Origin: Vitrella brassicaformis CCMP3155
Taxonomy: Eukaryota; Protista; Chromerida
NCBI GenBank assembly: GCA_001179505.1
Contig: CDMY01000438.1
Span: 12,320-76,319 of the forward strand
Length of the DNA: 64,000 nucleotides
Direction of reading: 5' to 3'
Position numbers and translations under genes: made by a program. Within the stretch, counting starts at the first letter, position 1. Each line of letters opens with the position of its first letter. Positions 13,200 to 24,400 of this stretch are shown here, in pieces. Below the pieces are notes generated by a model, which worked only from the letters and a program-made list of their open reading frames with translations, did not search any database and was not told where the DNA came from.

Positions 13200-15275
13200 A
13201 TGTGGACAGGCGGGGGTCACAATTCCAAGAGAGAGGTGGTCCGGGAAGAGGATGGAAAGGGCGGCGGTGCGCCGCCCATGCGTGAGCAAGAGGAATCGGG
13301 AGCTGTCGAGGACGGTGCGGTCGGGCCAACCGGCCCTGCGGCAGACACGATGGAAGGAGATGCGGAGGCTGGACATGCAGAGAGCAGTAAGGCAGGCCAG
13401 ACAGCACATCTGTTTTGCATATATCCATTAGCACATGCCCGCATCACTGCAGATGAGAATCAAGGGGTTGAGCCGTTGACACAACGCCAGGGGGAGGCCG
13501 CCACCATTGACACAGAAGAAACAGCTCCGGAGGACGAAAACAAGGACGACCCCCAACAAGCAGCTGCAACCCTACTGCAATCACACTGGAGGGGACACCA
13601 ATCAAGGAGACACACGGCAGAGAGGAGACTCAGGAGAGTGTATCGGGAGCAGCCAGGGGCAGATGAGGGGCACACCGAGCACGAGGGAGAGAACACTCAT
13701 CCTTTCGAGACTCATCAGCCTGACCTTGCCGTCACTGCAGCTGAGCAAACTGAGCATACCACCATGCTATCTGCTGCCGCGGACAACATCTCTATCGATC
13801 CCGACAGAGCGGTCACGAGGCTGCAGGCACAGTGGCGGGGACACCAAGCGAGAAAAGCTGCGAGACGTGGACGTGAGGAGGCTTCGGTACAAGTCACGGT
13901 CGACCAGGAAGCCAAAGAGGAAAGAGCGGCTGGTCCGTCTGTTGCTGTGGAACCCCCGAAGGAGAGCGGCATGGGTGAGGATGCTGGCGGCATCAGAGGA
14001 GAGAAAGGTCAAGAAGCTGCAGATATCCCTCCAGCCGCGATAAAGGCGATCGATGCGGAACAGGAGACACAGAAGCACCAACAACCTGCCCTCGACGAGA
14101 AGGCAGACGTGGCAGATATGGACGATGTGGAAGATGTGATTGTGGAAGGGCCAATGCCGGTCTCTGAGGCCGATGCAGAACTGGCAAAGGAAGCCGCCAC
14201 AGCCAGGAAGCACTTGGCCGCCACACGGCTGCAGGCGCATTGGAGAGGCTACAACACACGCAGATCTATGTCTACGGCAAACAAACCGAGACAGCATCAG
14301 CAGAGGGAGGAAGAGGACTTGGCCTGTGCCGCAACCAAGGTGCAGGCGCACTGGCGAGGGCACAAGACAAGGAAAAGTGCCTTGGTGGACCATGGCATCA
14401 AGCTATCGAAGAAATCGGTTCAAAGAGTCCTGTCACGGGACCGATCGACCTCCTTCTCACAGCTGCTGCCAGTCTCCCCGACACGGAGCCCTCGCACAAG
14501 GTCTGCGAGAGTAATTGACGCTATCACAAGAGACAGGCAGGAGTGGATGTGTCACGTCTCTTGGTGTGTGCGTTTCTCATGCAGCTCACGTGTTGCCCAA
14601 GCCAAGGCGACCAAGCGCACCCGTGACGAGAGCAAAGAAGCCAGCCTCAAGGCGATACAACCCCCCACATCCCCTCCGCCTCCCCCTGCCCCCTCCAGGA
14701 AGCCTCCATCGACTACCCTTCGCACCAGGAGGCTGCGGATCAGCACCGAAGATAAGAGACCCCCGCCGCAGGTGGATGAAGAGACACATGAGGGAGACAG
14801 GAAGACGAAAGAGCAAGACGAGAAGGCGTCGCCGCGTGCCCGGTTAAGGGCTACCACAGGCCGTGTACAGCGACAGAGAGAAAGCAAGGAATGCTCGTCA
14901 GCATGCGACACGTTCGTTCGTGTCTCCCCTGTGTGTGTGCAGTTTCGCATGAAGGGCCCGTATGCTGGACTGGATCGCATCACCGCCATCTACGGCCCGC
15001 CCCCCTACCGCACCTTCAGGACCCCCTACGCCACAGCAGGACACTGGCCGGCAGCCGACGCCATACACAGGACAGAACAGAGGAGACAACAGGACGTGGC
15101 CGAGAGCCCCAAGGGCTGCAGCCCCTGCAGGAAGGGCCCTGGCCGTGCGGTGACGCGGAGTCCTCGTGGCAGCATTGTGCCTCTGCCACCTCTCAAGATC
15201 GCCACCTCACCATACGCACAGACTCCCAGAGATGGCGTAAGCTCATCCATGGAAGATATATACCGAACACAATAA
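13200..15275 (+). CDS. IQ calmodulin-binding motif protein, acidic and low-complexity
   Basis: Four IQ motifs: LQSHWRGHQSRR, LQAQWRGHQARK, LQAHWRGYNTRR, VQAHWRGHKTRK. The ORF reads through a few in-frame introns. Confidence 0.85.
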   Translation: MWTGGGHNSKREVVREEDGKGGGAPPMREQEESGAVEDGAVGPTGPAADTMEGDAEAGHAESSKAGQTAHLFCIYPLAHARITADENQGVEPLTQRQGEAATIDTEETAPEDENKDDPQQAAATLLQSHWRGHQSRRHTAERRLRRVYREQPGADEGHTEHEGENTHPFETHQPDLAVTAAEQTEHTTMLSAAADNISIDPDRAVTRLQAQWRGHQARKAARRGREEASVQVTVDQEAKEERAAGPSVAVEPPKESGMGEDAGGIRGEKGQEAADIPPAAIKAIDAEQETQKHQQPALDEKADVADMDDVEDVIVEGPMPVSEADAELAKEAATARKHLAATRLQAHWRGYNTRRSMSTANKPRQHQQREEEDLACAATKVQAHWRGHKTRKSALVDHGIKLSKKSVQRVLSRDRSTSFSQLLPVSPTRSPRTRSARVIDAITRDRQEWMCHVSWCVRFSCSSRVAQAKATKRTRDESKEASLKAIQPPTSPPPPPAPSRKPPSTTLRTRRLRISTEDKRPPPQVDEETHEGDRKTKEQDEKASPRARLRATTGRVQRQRESKECSSACDTFVRVSPVCVQFRMKGPYAGLDRITAIYGPPPYRTFRTPYATAGHWPAADAIHRTEQRRQQDVAESPKGCSPCRKGPGRAVTRSPRGSIVPLPPLKIATSPYAQTPRDGVSSSMEDIYRTQ

Positions 15276-16097
15276 CCAAACCTTCCTCTTTGCTCGCGAT
15301 GTTGCTTGCAGGATTTTGCCAAAAGTTGTCCTGGCACTGGACGATTCAACGCCCTGCCCCCACTGGTATGTTAGCCGCACAGAGACATGCGTACGGGAAG
15401 GAGACAGCTGCATACTACACGTAACCTGTCTGTCCTTGATTCAGCTTGATTTCGGCACGACTCCCCGTGCAGTGCCGTCCCGTCAGGCGGACAACCACAG
15501 TGGGAGGCGGGGCAGCGGCGCCACAGTGGCCATGATGCAGATAGTCAATGCCACACCGAGACACGATGGGAGTGGGTTCGTTTTCGACAACAGGTTTGAC
15601 AAAAAGGGCGGCAAACCACTGTCCCCTACCAAATGTAAGCGGAGCATCAGAAGGAGCCAACACACACACCTGTGGACGACTTGTGGTGTGCCTGTGGGTG
15701 TGGTGTGTGCAGTGGTGTTTTTCTCGTGATGATTGGTGACAATTTCTGCTTGACGGGTGGGCGATTGGGGCATCATGGCATTTTCTCTGCTCAGCGGGGA
15801 TTGTGAATGGCAGGGAATAGGCTCTTAGGTAGAGAGCAGCCACTTGTCCACGTGCGCGTGCGTACGCTTCCATGCAGCCAGCCAGCGGGTGTTTATTTGT
15901 CCGCATGCAATGCTTCACTAACAAAGTCGGGCTATGCTATGCGCATACATATACGAGACAGTGAGTGGGTAGAGAGACTGTCATGTCCATGGCCTAACTA
16001 AGCTTTCGAGCCAAACTGCAGGACAGCGGGTCGTGTCACCTACAACACATCCACTCACTGCCTTATGAGACCTTAAATATCATCAGACACACAGGCT

Positions 16098-17479
16098 TCA
16101 CTCGGTCTGCGGCACAAGCGGTGACGGCACCCGCTCGCAATCAATCTTGTCACCGTCAATCTTGCATATCGCCAGCCCAATGCTGAAGGGCGTCTCCTTG
16201 ACATCAAAGGGGTCCTCCGCCTCACCCTGCCGCACGGCCACATAGTACAGCCACACCTCCTTCCCCTCATTGCGCACCACGGCGTTCGGCGTCCCCACGA
16301 ACCGCGAGTCGGCCGCCCCCTTGACGCCTATGCGGGGCATCAACACGGGCAGCGTGTAGAGGCTCCCCCAGGAGAAGCCGTCACGAGAGCCGAAGAGAGA
16401 GATGGTGTGCTCGTTGGGTGATGGCGCGACGCTCTCGCCAAACATCCACCATTGAGATGTGGAGAGTGTCAGGGCCCGGCCGGCATCGCTCAAGTTGGCA
16501 GCGGGTGACGATGCGTTGTAGTTGGGGTTGGCCACGACCCATCTCGTCCCCACCCCCCTGCTGTAATACGTGCCCTCCGGTCCCGCGCCGAGCAGGGGAT
16601 AGTCGAGCCTCTTCCATTTCCCTCTCTTGCCTTGGTGGATGGCCGCAGTGACAACGAAAGGTGCGCTGAAGTTGGCCTGTGAGTGATAGTAGAGAAGAGA
16701 TGTGGTCTCGTTCAGCTGCACAAACTGTGGCCAGCCCTCGCCGCTCCAGCCTTTCTCTGATGGAGCCAGCTCCAACAGCGGCTTCCTTGCTCTTCGCCAG
16801 TTGAGGCCATCTGTCGATGTGGCAACGCCGATGCGGAGAGGGAAGCCGCAGATCGTGTTGGATGCGTTGCTTGGCGAGGGGAGGCCGTCATTGAGGCTGC
16901 CACCGAAATAATACATGGTATACTTCGACTTGCCGTCATCAGATAGCTGACACACAGAAGACAGACAACAAGTGAGAGCAGTGCAGTGGATGCATCCACT
17001 GCGTCAGTCAGTCACTGTGCATGCTTGCGTACCATGACGTCGCCGACGCCCACATGAGCGCTGTCCCATGCTCCCTTCTTCGTTGCCGGCGCAAGCACAC
17101 TGCCGCCCTCCCCGGGCCCATCCAGCCGCCGCCAAGCGATGCCGTCAGCTGACTCTGCCAGGCCGACGTAGCCGGTGGGAAGCGGTGTTACATCCGGATG
17201 CTTTTCGATGAACTTGAAGCTCTTGCCGTAGTAGTACATGACCCACAGGACCCTCCTGCTGTCGAAGAACACTCGCGGCGCAGCGACTGCCTTGGTGTCG
17301 AACCGGTCTGAGTCGCGAGGAGCGACGGTGAGTACCTGAATGGATGGATCAATGCCTCAGCTTGGCAGATCTGAAAGCTCATTCATCACCTGTCCTTCAT
17401 TGAGCTGAGATCCTTGCAGTCGGGCACACAGCACTGACGCCACGCCGAGCAGCAAGACAAGAACAAAGCGCATAGCCAT
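16098..17479 (-). CDS. Secreted five-bladed beta-propeller glycoside hydrolase-like protein (GH43/32/130-type fold)
   Basis: Signal peptide MAMRFVLVLLLGVASVLCA. Repeated blade motifs: 'WVMYYYG...VGLAESADGIAW', 'YTMYYFGG...IGVATSTDGLNW', 'VWLYYVA...SIGLA', 'FDTKAVAAP', 'WDSAHVGVGDV'. Confidence 0.75.
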
Positions 17480-17996
17480 GATGAGAGAAGAACGGATCAG
17501 CTCTTCCTGCTAAGCTCGCAGAAGCGATCCGCAAGAAAAGCTGCGGCAGCTTCCCTGCCTTTGTGAGGACAGGACAATGGTCAGGCAGGTGACGCTAAGC
17601 ATTCTTGCCGAAAAGGAATGATGATAAACGAGCCTGTTTTAGATTCAAATCATTGCAACAGTGCGCACACGCCGGTCTGGTGCCATCCATCGTATGCTGA
17701 CTGACAGTTAGTCAATCGCCCATCCACATGTACACGCACCTCAGGTATGTGCATGCCATGCACTAACACACGCACGCACACATCGTCGTCTCAGAGTGCC
17801 CATAAAGACACTGACAGAAGAACGGGCGTTAAGACGTACAGGAAGCCCCGCCCCCCGCCGAAAGCATCCCTCCCTCCCTCTCCGTGATAACCCCTTCCTC
17901 TCTTAACTATGGTGCAGGGGCGCTACAGCTGTCTCTGCCCACCATTCATTGATTCATCCCTTAGGCACTCACTCTGTGTACACCCACCCGCAGAAG

Positions 17997-20921
17997 TCAG
18001 TCTCGAGACTCCTCCTCTAGCCTTCCATTGATGGCCCTGTAGGTCATCAAATCGTCATCCATAGGCTCTTCCTTGATCTTCTTGACCGACTTCAAAGTGC
18101 CACCATCGGTGTAGTCGTCGTCATCGGCCTCGCTCGCATCATGCCGCCTCCTGCCAGCCGCACCACCATACAGCTGCGACGCCTCAGCAATGGGCCTCCT
18201 GTCCACCATGTCCGGCTCCGTCTCGTCATCGGGGTCGACAGGCTCCCTCTTGATGTACACCCGGTCGGTGTCGATGACACTGGCGCCCGAACGAGAGGGA
18301 GATGGCACAAACCCCTCGTCGTCGTCTCTGTCCAGCAAAGGCAGGTCTGCGGACCGGGGGCGGGAATACGAGTCGGCGGCTGGCAGGCGATGGTCGTAGG
18401 GATTGTTCATCGCCCCAGTGGCAGTCCTGGCCTTGTCGCCGTGCTGGTTGGGGAGGGGTACCCTCGCCATCGACACTGGCGGGCCGTTGAGAGACGGATA
18501 GAGGCGGCGGGACGAAGAGTGAGAGTGAGACTGAGCGTGGGTGTGCTGCCCTCGTGATGAGCCATCATCACCTCCGCCCTGGCCGCGCCGTCGCTGCCTG
18601 ATGCCCGATGTATTGGCATCATGCCCATCGCCGTCACCTCCCCTCCCCCTGCCATGGCCCTGTCCGCCCCCCTCCCCCCCTCTGTGGTCGTCATGATTGT
18701 CGGGGTCGTCATCCGAGTACCTCAGGTTATACCTACCCGAGCGCCCCTCCTCTCCATCCACAGAGTCCTCCAGCTCCTCTTCGTCTTCCTCCTCCTCTTC
18801 CTCGCCGTTGTCGTATTCCTCGTCGCCCTCGCCCTCTCCCTCTCCCTCGTTGTCTCTCGCTGTGCGGTGCCTGCGATGCCCCCCGCCGTTCATGGGCGAC
18901 GGCCCCTCTGACCCGCCACTGCCGCTGATGCTGTCCTCGGACGAGCCATAGCGGTAGCCACCGATGGCCGTCGAGCTCTCCGCTGGCTCGCATTGTGGGG
19001 GAGGGTGGGAGTGGGGGTTGTTGGGATGGTGGTTGCCGACTGGCCCATTGATGTTATTATTGCCGTCGGCAGCCATGTCGGTCTCAGCCTGTGGGATGAT
19101 GTCTGGGAGGGGCTGGGGGCCGTACATCTCCAGGAAACGTTCGTCTTGGCCGTCGGGGATGGCCGGCTCTGACGACCAAGACAAGAGATGCGGTGGGTGG
19201 CACGAAAAGGGTCGGGTTTGTTTGTTTGTTTGTGTCTCTCTCTCACCGTCAAATTGCGGTTTGATATCTGCGGGGATGGGGAAGGGCCACATGACCCAGT
19301 TGCGGCCAAACACCTCAGTCAAGTGCAAAAGAAACGTGCGCTGCAAAGAGGCGCACACACAGACAACGGCACTGATACACTCCACTCCACATGGACTGAT
19401 TGACAGACGTGTTCCATCCCTCTCTCCCTCCGTCCCTCCCTCCTTCTCCTACTTGTCTGCCGTGTGTCCTCTTGTAGGTCTCGACCAATGTGGAGTTGGA
19501 GTCGATGGCCTCTATCTGCTCACTCAGAAAGTCCTGCGCCAAGAACACCGAACGAACAGTGATGTGTGGGCATCCATCGTGCGTCAGTCATCCCTCCCTC
19601 TGCAGCCAGCCATTAGCTCACGAGAGTGAAGAAGAGAAAGAAGACCCCTTCAAGCGCCGCAAAGCAGCCGAAGGCAAGGGCCCACTCACTGGCCTGCGGG
19701 AGGGACATATATCAACAGCCACAGCCACGAGAGCAGACAGCAGCAGATGAAGGTGGTTGTCGCCTAGACTCATTCATGTCAGGTATGGCAGGGGAGAGAG
19801 ACCTCTACTCCTGCCGTGAGATTGGCAGTGTCTCCCAGCCATACTGGGTTCTTGGAGTGACGAAACCACCAGAAGGCCCCCAGCATCAACAGCAGCACCG
19901 ACGACAGGCTGAACAGCGCTGCACACATAGACAGACACACAGACAGACAGACAGACAGACATGCAACCATAGTAACTAAAGCGATGGATGGATGGATGGA
20001 TGGGCTCTCTGTGTGTGGTGTGTTTGTGTTTGTGTTGCCTGCCTGCTAACCGACCGGTGTAGAAGAGGAAGAGGATGAACATCTTCTGGTTGTAGAGGCC
20101 CACGCAGTTGTTGATCCACGGGCAGTGGTGATCCATCCGAAATATACACCTGCACACACACGCACGCACACAGAGGGAGGCGTACCCATCATTACACCGC
20201 TCCCACAAGCTTGTGCGTTGCGCCCACGCCCACATTTTGCAGGTTTTGCAGTGGTGTGCCCTTGGTGGCTTCCAGTGGTTGTTGCACTTGTGACAGATGC
20301 GGGCCTGCGGGCCGTGCGATAAGGGAAACGGAGCCAGCCTCTGAATGAAGCAAACACACACGCACACGTGCCCATCCATCCCATGAGCGCAGCTGACCAG
20401 GCAGGGGTCACTCACTCTCTCTTCGTTGGCTGCTTTGCTTACTGGATATTTGTTAGGGCTGCCAGGGTCGCAGAAGATGGCTTGTAGGTGTGCCAGAACC
20501 GCGAACACCAGCAAGGCTTGGTAGAAAAAGAACAGGATCGTCCCCACAATGTCAAAAGGAATGCCTGACGTGGCCACGCACAGACACACACAACACATGG
20601 AGAGCAAGCCAAGCACGAATGAGATAGATGGTCTGTCGACAGACAGATCAAGCCAGCCGCGGTTCGTTCGCGCCTCCCTACCTCTCCACCTACCCGGCAG
20701 CATGGGGTCATCTGATGCGAACCACCCGTGGAAGGTGTACTTGATCACCACCCAGTCACCAAACGCCATCAACACCCACGTCTGCACCACAGCACCACGA
20801 TGCATCCGATACACAACACACAATAATACGGCACATGTGCGCACCTGCCATCCATCGTGTTGCGTACCAGTACGATGAAGCAGATGCCCAGCGGGTCGCT
20901 AACGAACCACACTAGCGGCAT
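17997..20921 (-). CDS. DHHC palmitoyltransferase with a long acidic low-complexity C-terminus
   Basis: 'ICHKCNNHWKPPRAHHCKTCK|CIFRMDHHCPWINNCVGLYNQKMFILFL' plus flanking TM helices. Confidence 0.95.
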
Positions 20922-21435
20922 CCTCAGCCTACTCCGCAGTGAACAAGCTTCCAAGTCGCCCAGAGAGGACGGCAGATGATGGATCAGCACGCGAGGTCGT
21001 CTGCAAGACCCCCTGTGCACCCTCTGAGGTCCAGTGAGTCTAGCGGTCACCCAGCATGGGCTGCAACACTTTCACTGAAGCTTCACTGAAGCCGAGGAGA
21101 AAGCTGCATTGCCTCAGCAGTCGATTAAGCAGGCTGCAGGTCCTGCAAAGCCACGGGTGGCCTGCGCTGAACACTCCTCCTCATCAGCTCGCAAAAAAGC
21201 TCGCGATGGAATGAGGAAACGAGGCAATGAGGCAGCTTAGCAGCACCATGTTATGGTTTGCCTTGAGCCACCTTCCACCGCTTCGTCCTTTTAACCTCTG
21301 TTTCCGGTGCAAGATCCGTGACTGACTATTGCACAAGTCCAGATCCGTCGGCATAGCTCTTTTCGCCTCTCTGCACCTGCCTGGCCCTTCTGAGACCTCC
21401 CAGCCATCCGATTCGGCATTTCTTGGCGGCCGGCC

Positions 21436-24400
21436 ATGTACCAAGAGTACCAAGAGTTGGATGAGGTTGATGAGAGGGCGGCGGTGCACCACCGCGAGAG
21501 GACACTGCAGTCGTACCGCCCGAGCGTAGCCTTCAACACTGACAGCCCGCGCAATTGGGTGGAGTCGGCCGATTCGACGACTGCGATGGTGGCCTTCGGA
21601 CAGACGGACGGCAACGGGCGCGCGGCGATGGACATAGTGGAGATGCTGGAGCATATAGATGCGTCGGAGGTGGATAGCTTCTTCGCCCGGCTGCTCGCGG
21701 CGTTGCGGCAGCGGCGGGCGGCGGTGCTGGCCATGGGTGATGATAGGCGGGCCGTCGCGGAGAAGATGAGCGAAATCGAATCTACCTTAGTCGGTGAGTG
21801 AGCAGCACAACGTACTGTACAGACAGAGCTGAGTGAAGTGAAGAGAGGGCGGAAAGGCTGACCTTCCTCTGTCCGTATGTGTGTGTGTGTGTATGTGGTT
21901 GTGTGCGGTGCAGGTATAGGTGACGTCACGGCGCGCATGAAGCACCTCTACACCAGGAGCATGGGCGACTTCGTCATAGAGCTACTCGAAGCATTCATCC
22001 AACACGACAAAATGGTGGGTGACTGACGACCACCGACAAAGCACACATAAACACACCACAGCACACCTCTCCCCGCCTCTCCGTGTGTCAGATGCCCGAC
22101 CGCAAGCGGCCCCAGGGCATGTCGATGGCGCTGCTCAAGGTGCTGGAGAGCCTCATCTGCCTCTGTGACGTCGAGCGGCGTTACCACGTGCGACTGTTCC
22201 GTCTGGTGTACGACCTCATGCGTGGCTCTGCGCGGCCCCACCAGCCGCGGCGGTCGCACCTGCCTGACATCGCACACAACCGCATCTTCTCCCTCATGAG
22301 CGTCCTCTACATGGTAGGCACATGAGGGCAGGCACGTGTCCATCAAGGTGGGTGGGAGAGACCGGAATGGGTGTGGTGTGTTGTGTTGTGTTGGTATACC
22401 AGGAGAATCACCCCTTCGTTGGCGGCGGTATGCGTGAGTTGGAGCCCCTGCCGCTGCGGGTGTCGCCTGCGGGTCAGGTGGACACGCAGCGGATAGAGCG
22501 GCAGCTCAACAACCTGCTCGGCGAGATGGCACCCAACACCGCCGACGTCCACGCCTGGACAGACGTACGCACACACCACACCCGCATACACATACACCTA
22601 CACCTAAACCACACACACAGACCTGCAAACCCTGTATATCTCTGTGTATCTATCTGCCTTGTTTGTTTGTTTATTCAGGCGCTCACTCGTCTGGCGGAAG
22701 TGGTTGACATGGCGTTCGCACCCTTCCTCACCGACCCCACCTCGCAGCAGCCCGTGGCCAAGCTGGACCTTTTGGGGTCGCTTGCCTCGGGGTTCGCTCT
22801 GAAGACGAGTGACGTGGACGTGTGTGTGCAGCTGCACCCCGAGGTGAAGCGGCGGCTGCAGAAGAGGCGGGAGGCGAGTGTGATAGGGGGGGTGCTGCCC
22901 ATGGGGGAGGGGGGCGAGGAGGGGTACGATAGAGAGGTCGACATGGAGGCCATCGAGCAGCTGCAGCGGGTGCTACGAGAGGTATGTATGCGTGTTGCAA
23001 GAGAGAGAGACAGAGAGAGAGGGGTGCTGCATGGCATGGTGCGATGGGAGTGTGTCTGTGTCTGTGTTTGTTGTATGTGTGTATGTGTGTGTGTCATTTA
23101 GGTGCATCCGCATGAGTACCGAGCGGAGGTCATCGACGCCAGAGTCCCCATACTGAAGCTGGTCTTCCTCGTAAGCAATTGACCACCACACAACACCACA
23201 CCCATGTGTTTGTTGCCCATCCCATGGGTCTATCTATCAGCGCGGGGTTCGTTCCGACCACATGGGTGATTTGGTGTGCATAGACGTGTCGTTCAACAAC
23301 CAGCTGGGCCCCATCAACAGCGCCCTTCTGCGAGCGTACGCCGAGTGCGACCCGCGGGTGCTGCCGCTGGGGCAGCTGGTCAAGCTGTGGAGCAAGGCTC
23401 GCAATGTCAACGACGCACACCAGGGGTAGGTGGGCACACACACACCACACACACATACATGTCTGCCTTTGTGGCGAGGGGCGTGTCATCATCTTGTTCT
23501 CATTATTTATCAGGACGCTGTCGTCGTACGCCTACATTCTGCTGCTCATCTTCTTCCTGCAAACACGGTGGGTGGATCACACACACCAACACACGATACC
23601 ACATACGCCCTCTCCTCTTTGCCTCTCTGTGTCCACCCACCCAAACACCCACAGCAACCCCCCAGTGCTGCCGAACCTGCAGGCGCCCCAGTCGCCCTTC
23701 GCCACATCGCCCACCCCCGCCACCCACACGACCACCAACAACACCACACACAAGCCGCCCGAGCGATGGGTGTCTTCCCTTGGGTCGCGGCACAACGCTG
23801 GCTTCCACGCGCCACCAGCGTTCGACATGGGCGGCCCGTCCATGACCATCGACTGTGGGGGGAGGAGCGTCGAGGTGCCCCTGCCCTATGTGCCCTCGGT
23901 GCAGGACAAGTAAGGGGGCTATGGGATGGGAGAGGGGGCAGGGCAGCTGTGTTTCATGGCATGGACAGATGGATGGATGTGTGTGTGCGTGTGTGCGTGT
24001 GTGTGCCGTGTTGGTGGTTAGACCGTGGGGTGCCGCGTACAAGAGTAGGAACAAGATGTCCGTCGGCCAACTCCTCTTCGACTTCTTCCAGTGAGCACAC
24101 CGCATCGACACCACACCACACCCACACACGCGCGCATTATGTGTTGTGTCAGGTTTTATGCCCACGAGTTCCACTTCTACCGTGACGTGGTGTCTGTGCG
24201 TCTGGCGCCGGCAGTGGTGCCCAAGGCCAAGCTGCTCCAATTCAACAAAGAACTCGCAAACATCAGCCCACCGACACCACCATGTAACTAACACAACACA
24301 CACACACCCTACCACACACACACACATCCGACACATCAAACAACCGTCCTCCTCTGTCTGCTGCAGATGCGGCCACTCACACCATGCGGCGTGTTGAACA

